A stretch of DNA of 63,404 nucleotides, filler included, from Folioceros fuciformis (taxonomy: Eukaryota), in NCBI GenBank assembly GCA_049999805.1. It is 41 parts of 41 records of this genome, joined end to end, with 100 filler letters (N's around TTAATTAATTAA, not from the genome) between each part and the next. Parts side by side here need not be neighbours in the genome. Positions count along the whole stretch, not along the records: positions 10,985 to 12,098 come from JBNGIO010002501.1; positions 12,199 to 13,545 come from JBNGIO010002502.1; positions 13,646 to 14,681 come from JBNGIO010002503.1; positions 14,782 to 15,808 come from JBNGIO010002504.1; positions 15,909 to 17,442 come from JBNGIO010002505.1; positions 17,543 to 18,734 come from JBNGIO010002506.1; positions 18,835 to 19,991 come from JBNGIO010002507.1; positions 20,092 to 21,390 come from JBNGIO010002508.1; 33 more parts are not named here. One strand, 5' to 3'. The notes beneath the pieces were generated by a model, which had not been told where the DNA came from, ran no database searches, and saw only the letters and a program-made list of their open reading frames with translations. Below, piece after piece: positions 11,770 to 23,106 of this stretch (the first letter of the stretch is position 1; each line of letters starts with the position of its first letter). Both the position numbers and the translations under genes were made by a program.

Positions 11770-13896
11770 TCAAGATTCTAGATGAACAATTTTAAACTCC
11801 CATGTAGTCACTTCTTTGGTAAGTTCGGTGTGCAGCGTTTCTAACTCCTAGCCAATTGTTAAGGATATATTGGCTATTGGTTGTTTAGGCTATTTAATCA
11901 ACACCTAGTTATTTAATAGTTGTATTTATAAATAATTTGTGTATAAGGACCTTTTTCCTGTTCACTTTATAAACTATATCTATTATTACACTTGTTAGAA
12001 TCAGTTTCTCGCTCTATCTTTCCAAGAGATTGCACCTTCCCTTTTAGTTAAGTATACCTCTATCGTGTGGTTTTGGCTTTTTCATGGAACATTTAAAGNN
12101 NNNNNNNNNNNNNNNNNNNNNNNNNNNNNNNNNNNNNNNNNNTTAATTAATTAANNNNNNNNNNNNNNNNNNNNNNNNNNNNNNNNNNNNNNNNNNNNTC
12201 ACATCACATGGCATCACGCAAGTCGGTGCAGAGATCCAAGGTGTTAAGAGTGTGTTGCACCCCATTGACTTGAAAATGGAGAATCAAGCAGACATTCCCC
12301 TCAAATCAAACATTCTTGTTCAACACCTCTAGTCATTCAGCGCACATCGCACGTAGACACAAGAAGGAAGAAGTGGGGGAAAGAGGCACAAGACAAAATT
12401 GGGTATACAAATAAATGAAGATGGGTTCCAATGGGGACGGGGCAGCAGAGCAGGTAGGGGAGGATGGATTTTGTGAGAGGAAACAGGGAGGGCACCGGCA
12501 GGACAGAAAAGGAGAAAACAAGAGAGATGGGCGACCATGGAGGCAGAGCGCAAAGGCAAGGCTGAGAGCCCGTTGGGGCCTTTAGCATCTGGAAAAGCAG
12601 CACGCGGTGCGCGCCAAGCTCAGCAGCTCGTCAGCTGGGCAACTGCGCAGCTGCGCAGCTGGGCATGGGCCACCAACCCCATTCATTGCCAGAAACTCCC
12701 CCACCCAGGACCGTCACGTGATAATAATAATTCAGAGGCAAGCAAAGGAGGTGAGCCGACCCGGTCCGGGCTGCCCAGGCCCGGCCCGGCCCGGCCCGTT
12801 TCAGGCCGTGTGACATCGGTCAGCGCGCCCGCCCGGCCGCCCGCCCCAAGGCGTTACAGAGGCGAGGGCGCACGGCCCGAATGGCTTGGCGCCATGGAAG
12901 TCTGACACCAAGCTGAGGTGATAATTCCGATTTCCTGGGCGCTAGCGGATCCAACGGTTTCAATTTCCTCGCGTCAGCCTGCACCATTGTGGTGGGTCTC
13001 GCCTGATATTATTCATGAAAATGAAAATGAAAATGACGGGGAAGGGGAAGGGGACGCTGCATTCAATGCCGGGCTGGGCGGTGGACTTGTTTACTGTTGT
13101 GGGCGATGGCCGGGAGTGAGAAGCGGATTCGTTTCGTTCAGCCCGTTTTTGTCGCCTTCCTTGGCCAGCCTTGGCCTGATTTTGAGGCTGGCAGGACCAT
13201 ACCACCTGTAGCCTTCTCCATGTGTCCATGTAGAAAGCTCGCTTGGTGAGGAGGGCTGGGTCTTGGGCGGCTGGGGCTCGGGATCAGGATCCGGCTCTGG
13301 CCCCTGGCCCTTGCCTTGCCTCTGGCACTGGCAGGTGTCTGTGACATGTACTCCACATGCGTTTCATTGCACTCATTCCCGTGCCAGTCTCCGAACTCCA
13401 CACTCCACACAAGTGATTCTGATGTTCATGCCGACTCTACAAACAACAGAGTATATGTAAAAGAAAAAACACAAAAGTCGGGCGCCGCTCTTGCTGCAGG
13501 ACGAGACGAGATGGGACGAGACGAGATGGGACGAGACGAGATGGGNNNNNNNNNNNNNNNNNNNNNNNNNNNNNNNNNNNNNNNNNNNNTTAATTAATTA
13601 ANNNNNNNNNNNNNNNNNNNNNNNNNNNNNNNNNNNNNNNNNNNNTCTATTAGCTAAATTAAAAAAAACTAATTTATTCAATAAAAAAATTCATATGAAA
13701 ACATTGAATATTGAGCAACAATGAATAACATGCCAAAAATAATTCTAACGAGTATTCATCATGTTATGTATGTATTTTTGTGAAGTAAGACAATCTTTAT
13801 AAAGAGTTAATTAATGTTGCCACAATACAATTGTTCTAGATCAACATAATAGGTGAGAATTATAAAGTGAATTTATAAATAACTTTATGTCCCTAT

Positions 13897-14321
13897 CTAG
13901 AGGAGCTTCTTTTCATCAAATACAATACATCCTTTACGTAGTATACAAGCAAAGATGTATTCATTGTTAAGTGTTGTGAGTTATGTTCAAGATAATTGGC
14001 TAATCACAAACAGGTAAAGATACGATTAATTGCACATCAAGATAGGTGTCAAGTTGAGTTTCTCAAACCTTCCATGTGTACAACATTTTGTCAGCCCATC
14101 GATCCGCGGGTACAATTTCATCTTCTATCCTCATAGGCATTCTTGTTTTCTATGCTGGTTCTGAGCCAAATATTCAACTATTATTATTCATATGTATCTA
14201 ATGCTTAAATTGTACTATACACAAAACATAGTAAAGCACCTTTGATGGATTGCGACAAGTAGCTCCAAATTGAAGAATATAGTAAATAAGCTAGATATAT
14301 AGCCACAAAACTTCCTGTCAT
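13897..14321 (-). pseudogene. Possible decayed small secreted protein gene
   Basis: Signal-peptide-like exon 14321-14240 (MTGSFVAIYLAYLLYSSIWSYLSQSIK) ends in phase 1, then a 79-nt GT-AG intron and a second exon broken by stops. Confidence 0.25.
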
Positions 14322-17063
14322 AGAATGATAAAAGAATTTGTTGTATTACAAAGGTGAAAGAATTAATTGAAGAATTTGAGTTTAATGCCTATGCATTAAT
14401 TACCTTCTTTTCTTCAAGTTAATACAACATAACTACTGATGAAAATCAGTAGTTTCAAATCACATGTTAGGTAGGCCACAAAGATTGCAAACTTATCATC
14501 AAGTTATTCAACAAACCGTGATTGTTAACAATGCTATTTTTTATATCTTGTCTTCACTTGCATCAATTATGCTCAATATTTTAAATAAATAATGTAATGA
14601 TCTTTTAAATAAATAGTATAATTATCTTTTAAATAAATAACATGAATATTATATTCTATATTTAAATATATAATTAAGTGTNNNNNNNNNNNNNNNNNNN
14701 NNNNNNNNNNNNNNNNNNNNNNNNNTTAATTAATTAANNNNNNNNNNNNNNNNNNNNNNNNNNNNNNNNNNNNNNNNNNNNAAACTATAATGCAAAGCAA
14801 TTTAACTAAAAGAATGTTCTTCTAAATCTCCTCTTCTTGTGCTACTATCATAAATTCTTGTGCCACTATCATAAATTCTTTGATAAGTTGCGCAACATTG
14901 TCCAACCCATTAGAATCCTGCCTTAAGAGATAAAGAAGGTTAGTTATAGATTTTTTAAAAAAAACATTATGCAAGAATAAAATATTTTAATGAAAAAAGA
15001 GATTCCAAATCCATCTACAGCATGTGCATGGTCAAAAGTGGAAAATTGAGACAACATTGCTTGGATACAAGTCATTCAAAGTAGCTGGCCTCAACTCAAA
15101 TAATGCTCTAAAGAGAGAAGCTAGCCTTATCAAATTTGGTCTCCAGCTCGCACAAATATGTTTATCTATACTATCTCCCTTAATCATGTTCAATTAGGTA
15201 ACAGAAGTTAAACTAATTCATCTTCTAACTGAAATGTTAAAACAAAGCTACACAACTAAGACAAAAGCTTTATGAAAGTCCACCAACTTGAGCCCATGTT
15301 GCCTCTTTGACAAGATTCCAAAGAACCTTAGTACAACAAGTCTTTCTCATGATTTTGCCTTCTAACAAGTTTCAAATCCTTAAGACAGTTAAGAGAAATA
15401 TTATGTATCTTAACTGTATTATGTAATAATTCATGAGTTCTGAGATATATTAAATAGATTTCTTACCAATGAGTAAAGTACATAAGGTTTTAACTTGCTT
15501 GACGGGAAAAAACCATTAGTTTTGTTGCTTGATGGAGAAAACACGATTAGTTTTGTTGATGGGATGGTAATGCTGGACTTATGATTAATATTTGACATAA
15601 TTATGAGTTAATTTATTTATATTAATAAAAAATGAAAACATGCTGGTTTTGTTTTTGTTTTTGTTAGGCCGGGTGAAAGTGGCGTTGTCAAAACTTGTCC
15701 TTGCAGAAGTAAGAGGTTGGTTCTTGGGAAGTGATCTTGAGCCAAAGGCATTATGACTTTTCTTGATGTGATCTGCCAGGGTACTTGCAGCAGTGCGGCC
15801 AATGAGGTNNNNNNNNNNNNNNNNNNNNNNNNNNNNNNNNNNNNNNNNNNNNTTAATTAATTAANNNNNNNNNNNNNNNNNNNNNNNNNNNNNNNNNNNN
15901 NNNNNNNNCCCCACCACCACTTTGTAGGTAACGGGCGCCATAGATAGCTGTCCAATTCATATCCAAGCAGTGATGATTCATACTCTTTCCCAACTGTGAA
16001 GAATCGCTTTCTTGCCCGTTGACAAATAAAATTGATTGGTTCCCAGGTTCTTCGCAGCTGGGAAACAGTGCATCCCCGGGTTGGATGGAACGCGCAAGCA
16101 TCAATCAATCCTTGATTTGGTAGAAGCCGAATCAACTACAAATGCCGGACACCACAGCTCAATTGACTGTGGACGAACTGTGTTTGCAGCTTCTGAAGAA
16201 AGTAGTGATCCTGGACGACGGAAGCAGCTGCTACGGATGCGGTGGCATCAACTTCTGCCCCAACGCCACCAGCCCACCCCAAACGCGATGTACTTCGACC
16301 TCTGCGGCGACCACATGTGCGCCTTTACCTGGAATGGCGACCGCGACACCCAATCGCCTCCTGAGCTCGTGCAGGAGACGTCCGCCCCGGACGACTACTC
16401 GACCTGCTGCGCCTGCGTGCAAGTAGGCTTCATCGGGATAGAATTGTGCCTGGAGCCAGCAAGCAGCAGCATCCTCTGCACGCCTGGCGAGTGCGGACAC
16501 AGTCTGTGCTTTGGGTTCTGCATGGATAGCGACACCGCCGGTGAGCCCCGATGGGTTTCCGGGAGATGGCAACTGCTGCCACAATCGCAGTTGACTGGCC
16601 ACAGGCACTGTACTAGTGCGCTAGCGAGCTGCTCAGATACATGTGTATATTATGGGGCATGGTCCGTAGCTGCCCACCATCGATATACGTACTTCTTTAA
16701 GCGTTCAGGTGGCAGCCCCTTGTGTGAGGAGGCACCAGTGCTTGCACTGGCCCCATGGTCGGCTAGAATGAGCCCCCTATTCCGTTGTTTGGCCTCCTTT
16801 TCTGTTCAAGTCTTTTAACGGTCCACGCCACCATGGCGGACTCGAATGCGCGCATCCTATGGTTTCGAGTGCATAGAAGTCATGATTCACCTTCTGCTAG
16901 CTTCCCGAAGGCTACAAGGTCTCCTGTCCCCTCGACTCGCAGATGACATAGGCGCTTGCAGTGAGCGTGTGCTTTGTGAATCCTTCCTGGAAATGATAGC
17001 CGTGTATAATGTTACCTTGCTTTTTGGTTTTGTATTTACATTTTGACTGTCAAGGGATGTTCT

Positions 17064-17137
17064 GACCGCATAGCGCAGTGGATTAGCGCACTGATCTTCA
17101 GATCCAAAGGTCGTGGGTTCTAATCTCATTATGATCG
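17064..17137 (+). pseudogene. tRNA-Arg(UCG)-derived pseudogene; anticodon position now reads TCA
   Basis: GACCGCATAGCGCAGTGGATTAGCGC...AGGTCGTGGGTTC matches plant cytosolic tRNA-Arg(UCG). D arm intact; acceptor stem has 2 C-A mismatches; anticodon stem broken; T loop is TTCTAAT. Confidence 0.85.
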
Positions 17138-17542
17138 GCACAATAAGCCTGCAATTAAATTTGCACAGGCTGGTGAGCGGCAATTGCAGTTAAGTCCAAT
17201 CAAGGCTCGAGCTTTTATATCCAGGGTGGATTTCTATTTCGGATCATGGCTCGAGTTTTTATAACAAGGACGGATTTCGATGGATTTCCATCCAAGAATG
17301 ATTCAAATGTTTTGATTGCAAAAAGTAGTCTATCATTAAACTTAATCGGATGTTTTGATTGCAAGAAATACTTGGACGGATTTCCATCAAACAATCATTC
17401 AAATGTTATGATTGCAAGAAGATACCTAGTAGTCTATGATGGNNNNNNNNNNNNNNNNNNNNNNNNNNNNNNNNNNNNNNNNNNNNTTAATTAATTAANN
17501 NNNNNNNNNNNNNNNNNNNNNNNNNNNNNNNNNNNNNNNNNN

Positions 17543-18734
17543 AACTCCCTTCTTTCCACATTTTGACCACCTTGTCCTCTAGGAGGAGGTCCCCTATAAT
17601 TGCCCTGACCATACTGATTCTGACCTTGGCCTCTTTGATTTTGTGGAGGTGGGCCACCGTTGTTCCTTTGATCACGGTTCTGTCCAACTCGACAAAACTG
17701 TCTGGTATGTCCAGGTTGGCCACATTGTACACACCACAACCCCGAAGCATGCTTACCCGACTCCACTGGGGGAGGAGGATCCGGCTGCTGACTCCTAATC
17801 ATCAATGACATCTGATCCGTAAGATTCTGCATTTGTTTAATCATAGCCTCCTGAAATCCCAACTGACTAGCACCTAACCTCTTCTCCACCTCCTCAATGT
17901 GTGCATCGACTTTAGGAGCGGGTAAGGCTAAAAGTGGTGCCGGCTCCCTAGCTGCTAGCGGACGTGGACCTGTGTCAATGAGGGCATACTGAACTTGACT
18001 CCCTTGCCTACCTAACTGTCCCTCCACCTCTCTCGGACGAATGGGGATAAATTGGGGTATTGATTCATCCTCCCTTCGCCATAACCTCTCATAATCTCTG
18101 TCCATGCGTTCCATTTCCCTAGCCGCCGCTTTGGCATCCGCCAATGTCTGAGGATTCCTTTCCAACACACCTCTAATGGTACCCGCCTTAAAAAATCCTT
18201 GGATGAAGAATTGTTTAAGGGTGTCATCGTTGAGCATAGTACCCACAAAGCGGGTACACACCAAATCAAACCTCCTAATGTATGCCGAAATCTCCTCTTC
18301 CCTTCCTTGCTTCAATGATGCCAATGCCCTCAAGGCCGTGCTCTGACCCACCTCTGGCCTAAACTCATTCAAAAACTCCCTCTGCATCTGCTCCCATCCT
18401 ATGAAATGACCCTCTGCATGATCTCTATACCACTCATAGGCTTCACCCTCTAGAGTGGTAGGAAACCACACCAACCAATATCCTGGGTTGGTGACCAGAG
18501 AACTAGCCAACCTCTCAATGTACCTCTCCATGTGCCTGGAAGGATCCTCATCCTTAGTTCCATAAAACTTAGGGAGGTGGGATGGCATGTCCACCGCCGC
18601 TAAGTTTTGTGGAACCACAATGGGTAAACCCCTCGGCCTAACCAATGGGTCGATGGGTGGAAAGGGAGGCGGACCTCCTCCCGCCTGAGCCATGGAGACA
18701 GGTGTGTCCACTCCTATTCCACTATCAACTTCCC
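17543..18734 (-). mobile_element. Ty3/Gypsy-type Gag ORF, open at both contig ends
   Basis: Retrotransposon gag motifs LPKFYG...DPSRH, FPTTLEGEAYEWY, LKQGREEEISAYIRRF and zinc knuckle CVQCGQPGHTRQFC. Confidence 0.92.
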
Positions 18735-20422
18735 NNNNNNNNNNNNNNNNNNNNNNNNNNNNNNNNNNNNNNNNNNNNTTAATTAATTAANNNNNNNNNN
18801 NNNNNNNNNNNNNNNNNNNNNNNNNNNNNNNNNNGTCCAGATGTGTGTACAGTACATACCAGCTGACAACTTTTCCATCGCCCTAAAAACTGTCCGAAAA
18901 TAGTGAACGCGAGATTGGCATATTCGTGGCTTCCCTCCTCCAGGAGAAATCAGCCACCGGGCAACGAAAGGCATCTTTCCAGTAACTCGTCCTAGTAGCA
19001 AACCGTACTCCATGGCACACCTAATTGGAAGAGGGTGCGCCCCAACTTCTTCATCCAACACCACAAAGTGTCCCGTTTTAGGACGAGTGTTAAACCATAG
19101 GCCCGATCCAAGCCCAAATGATCGAGCCACCTATACCCTCATTCAAAATTGGACCTAAGCGCCCTTTTCCCGGCGGCTGAAACAAAATCAAAACTATTAA
19201 AAAGGTATTTCGCTTTTGTTGGGAGGAAAGATTCCCATTTCGTTTTGGCCTCTCCCCTCCTTTGCACGTTTTGCGCCAACGTTTGGTGGCCTTATAGGCT
19301 GGCAGTGCCTTTCACCGCTACATCCCATCACTTTGTGAAGTGGCCACATTGTTTTGTCATCCTGAGCTACAAAATCAACGATGGCATTCTATCTACCCTT
19401 GGTTCTCGATTCCCACCAAGCTCCTCTTCAATCTCAACAATTTTTTCTGTCTTCTTCTCAACAACATCATGCTGAAACGTCTGCATTGCTCCTCATCTGC
19501 CATTCTTGTAGACGAAGAAGAACACAAATCTAGAAATTTTGTAAGCAATAAGCTCACTTGTAGATGTAGCTACGATGCTGTGTACTATGCGCTTGGGATT
19601 GTGACCACAACACCCATCATAAATATGGGAATCGGGTGCTCTTGACAATCAACCATGATCACACTATGAAGTGCACCACCAAGAGCAATGTTTCGTCCTA
19701 GTGAGTGCCCTTAAATTGAGCACTTTTTGGCCAAGTGCATAGTATTATGTGAACATGGAAATTGCCCTAAAATTTATTTTTCCACTTCCGTTGAAGCGAT
19801 CACAGTCTCTAAATTCTACTTTGGTGGTGTTAATCACCGTAGAAGTGGGATTAGGGACATAAGAGGCCATGGCTGATTTAATTGCAAGTTTCTTTGTAGG
19901 GGGCTTTGTGGTATGAAGGGAGAGCGGATCAAATTTGGGCATAAAAGGCTGCGGGGCCTCGAATTAGGACTAGCAAAAAAAGTGAGGAGTGNNNNNNNNN
20001 NNNNNNNNNNNNNNNNNNNNNNNNNNNNNNNNNNNTTAATTAATTAANNNNNNNNNNNNNNNNNNNNNNNNNNNNNNNNNNNNNNNNNNNNGATACTTAG
20101 AGTGGTTATGTTACATTTAGTAGTTTATCTTCACTCTCTTTGGGTAGATAAGTTTTCCATCTTGTTTCTCATAAGTAAAGGAGATTTGTTAGGCTTGGAA
20201 TAAATGGGTTTTTATTTCTTCCTTTTTTAATAGGTCTTCACTATATCCTTTGAAAAACAATATCAAATATATTATTAAAAAAAGATTGAAAATCTCATCT
20301 ACCTTGGAAATGAAGAGGAACAACCTAAAGAGGGCCAAAGGCCAAAAAGGGAGTAGCCCCCTAAGATATATTCCGAAAATTACTACTGCTCCCATGATGT
20401 CGTGACATTCCTACAATGTGGC

Positions 20423-20566
20423 GATGTGAAATGATGAAAAAGCCATAATGTCATGCTGTAAAATGATGAAAAGGGCCATAATGTCGTGATGTGAAATGAT
20501 GAAAAGGCCATAATGTCGAGTGAAATGATGAAATGGCCATAATGTCGTGATGTGAAATAATGAAAA
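20423..20566. repeat. About 32-bp imperfect tandem repeat, 4-5 copies
   Basis: Unit approximately GATGTGAAATGATGAAAAGGCCATAATGTCGT. Confidence 0.88.
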
Positions 20567-20796
20567 GACCTATCTAATCTTAGAGACGCCATCTAATCAT
20601 GATTAGACTTTCTTTCATGCCTTTACATAATCTAGGGGTTCCAATGTAATTATATTTTTTCTAACCATTCAACAAAATTGAAAGTAAGAATGCGACATAT
20701 ACTCTTATGTTGCTGCATTTTCAATTTCTTTCTTTGCAAACAACAATTGTGAACAAGAATACATCCTTTCGCCAATATTTTCTTTTCCTTATTTCT

Positions 20797-21294
20797 TCAT
20801 ATGACTTTCCACACGTCACACTTGTCGTTAAAATCTGTAGATAGATAAAATAAATACATATATATATATATATCCTAAAAAGTGAATACAATAAGTTTTT
20901 AAGTATACGCTACATCTATAATAAACATAATGCAAAAGGAAGAAAAGCTTACCATATTTTGTTACCAATATAACATCATCCCTAGCCATTGGACCAGAAG
21001 AGATTCTATCATAAACCACACAACTTCCTCCCGCATAGTATTTGAACACCAAACATTTATTTTGTAAACAAGCTTCGTTACAAGAATTGATATTTACATT
21101 GACGTATTGAGCGACTGGGATTCCATCCATCTCTGTGAAAGGGTACAACGTACAGTCCCCTGCCGATCAACGATATATGAGGGCAAAATTTTATTTTATA
21201 ATCCACAAAAAAAGCAATCAATTTAATTACCTTTTATTAAAGTGCATAAAAAAGTGGAAATAATAATGCTTTTTAGAAAACAACGCCAAACCAT
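20797..21294 (-). CDS. Secreted stand-alone PAN/apple-like domain protein, 3 exons, 102 aa
   Basis: Exons 21294-21231, 21159-20953, 20834-20797 with GT-AG introns (71 and 118 nt, both phase 1) splice to MVWRCFLKSIIISTFLCTLIKGDCTLYPFTEMDGIPVAQYVNVNINSCNEACLQNKCLVFKYYAGGSCVVYDRISSGPMARDDVILVTKYDFNDKCDVWKVI*. Six mature Cys including a C-x3-C core. Confidence 0.7.
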
Positions 21295-21864
21295 CTTAGA
21301 CAAGTTAGCAATCTCCACAATGGATTGTTCTCAAATAAACAAGATTATATTAGACAAGTTAGCAATCTCCACAATGGATTGTTCTCAAATNNNNNNNNNN
21401 NNNNNNNNNNNNNNNNNNNNNNNNNNNNNNNNNNTTAATTAATTAANNNNNNNNNNNNNNNNNNNNNNNNNNNNNNNNNNNNNNNNNNNNAGTAAAGTGG
21501 GATAGTATGCAAACTGTTCAGTTTCTTGAGTAAAGTGAGACAACATGAAAATGGTATGTTTTTTGAATGTTGTGATTTTGTTCAATTTCTTAATTGTTTT
21601 GTTTCTGTTATGTTTCTTGAGTGTTGTGTTCCTATTAAATGTAGTTGTGTTTCTTTTCAACATGTTGCATAGAAAGTTGTATATCTTGTCACATATCGAG
21701 CAAGAATGTATGTTGAGTTTCTTCTCAATCCCCCTACAAACCATATTCAAACATTCTTGTTTCTCGAGTGTGGTATTCTTTTTCAAGAACTATCGCATTG
21801 AAACGCTATGAGTCTAGTGGCATATGCATGTCAAAACTTCGTTGACATCCCCATCGTATGGGAA

Positions 21865-21967
21865 TGTTCTGTTTTTGAATGTTGTGTTTTACAATAATGT
21901 CCTGTTTTTGAATGTTGTGTTTTACAATAATGTCTTGTTTTTGAATATTTTATTTTACAATAATGTC
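21865..21967. repeat. 33-bp tandem repeat, 3 copies
   Basis: Unit approximately AATGTCCTGTTTTTGAATGTTGTGTTTTACAAT. Confidence 0.85.
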
Positions 21968-22328
21968 CTACATAACATCAGATCTTAGCCCACCATGAGC
22001 CCTGTCATATTTGCCCTTGTGTGGGAATGTTGCATTTCCTCCTTTTATTCCCTACCTTACATCCCATACCCTAATGTATATCATATATGAGTGTAAGCAT
22101 GCTTTGGTGCTACACTTTTGAACCAATTGGCACAAGTACAAAAGGTCATGTTGTGCTCAAGAGAGAGAATGGTGGTTTGTATATTTATGTTATCTTTTCA
22201 TATTTCGCTTTAAGTCATTACTTTTTACTATTATGGGAAAATATATTTTTATGATTCATTATTTATGGTTTACTTTCTACTAATATGAAAAAATTATCTT
22301 TGTAATTTATAGTTACCTTCTTTTATTT

Positions 22329-22563
22329 GTGTTTAGTCTAAGATTAGTGTCTAGTTAAGTATCATTAGTTTAGATTAGCTTAAGCTAATCTGTAGGAAGC
22401 TTCTTGTGCAGCTTCTTGTGAAGCTTCCTAGGGAGCTCTTCTAGAGGGTATAAATACCCCCTTAAGCTCCCTTGCGTATTGAGAGACTTTATTATGAGAG
22501 TGTGACCTCTTTTTCGCCTCCTCCTTGCCTCCTCCTCTCCTCTCCTTCACCATGTAGCTCCTT
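22329..22563 (+). mobile_element. LTR-like interspersed repeat, same family as 48403-48590
   Basis: Close match to 48403-48590 (TAAGATTAGTGTCTAGTTAAGTATCATTAGTTTAGAT...GAGAGTGTGACCTCT). TATAAATA box flanked by inverted repeats GGGAGCT/AGCTCCC. Confidence 0.75.
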
Positions 22564-22718
22564 NNNNNNNNNNNNNNNNNNNNNNNNNNNNNNNNNNNNN
22601 NNNNNNNTTAATTAATTAANNNNNNNNNNNNNNNNNNNNNNNNNNNNNNNNNNNNNNNNNNNNCTCCCAACACACTCGTGTATTCGATGATAGGAACTGT
22701 TTACTGATTACAACGTAG

Positions 22719-23106
22719 TAGGAGCCGCGGTCCGTCCCGCGACCACGACCGCGAAAAAGACCGTCGAGGCCGCCACGACGACGGCGCCGCAAAAGGTCTC
22801 CGCGCTAGAAGCCGCAGCATCATCGACCGCTTCCGCTCGAAATCGCGTGGTCCTGACGACCGCAGCCGGGATCGCAGCCGCGAGCGTGACAGAAGCAAGG
22901 ATCGCAGCCGCGACAGAGAGTACGAGTACGACCACGATGCGCGCCGCAGACCGGATCACGGCTACGAATACGACCGCGAGCGAAGCGGCAGAGACGCCGA
23001 GTTCGACGGGTATTATAGCGATGATAGCGATGTCGAGGCTGCGGAGCGGGCGGAGCGGAGGAGACGGAGGCGCGAGAGGGAGAGGGATCGGAGTAGGGAT
23101 TATTGA
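22719..23106 (+). CDS. Terminal exon of an RS/RD-rich protein, probably fungal
   Basis: Follows a CTGAT branch-like site and TAG acceptor. Reads RSRGPSRDHDREKDRRGRHDDGAAKGLRARSRSIIDRFRSKSRGPDDRSRDRSRERDRSKD...RRRRRRERERDRSRDY*. GC-rich coding block followed by AT-rich 3' DNA. This frame is missing from the ORF track. Confidence 0.75.

Noticed and set aside
16036-16818. 260-aa Cys-rich ORF as a kelch/F-box-like gene
   Set aside because: Only a vague RWQLLP resemblance, a TTG start and a probable frameshift; no supportable call
7059-17137. UCA-anticodon tRNA acting as suppressor for the Copia TGA
   Set aside because: Different contigs; the tRNA stems are broken; both changes are explained by CpG deamination
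17064-17137. Selenocysteine tRNA
   Set aside because: 74 nt with a short variable loop and clear tRNA-Arg ancestry; lacks the long extra arm of tRNA-Sec
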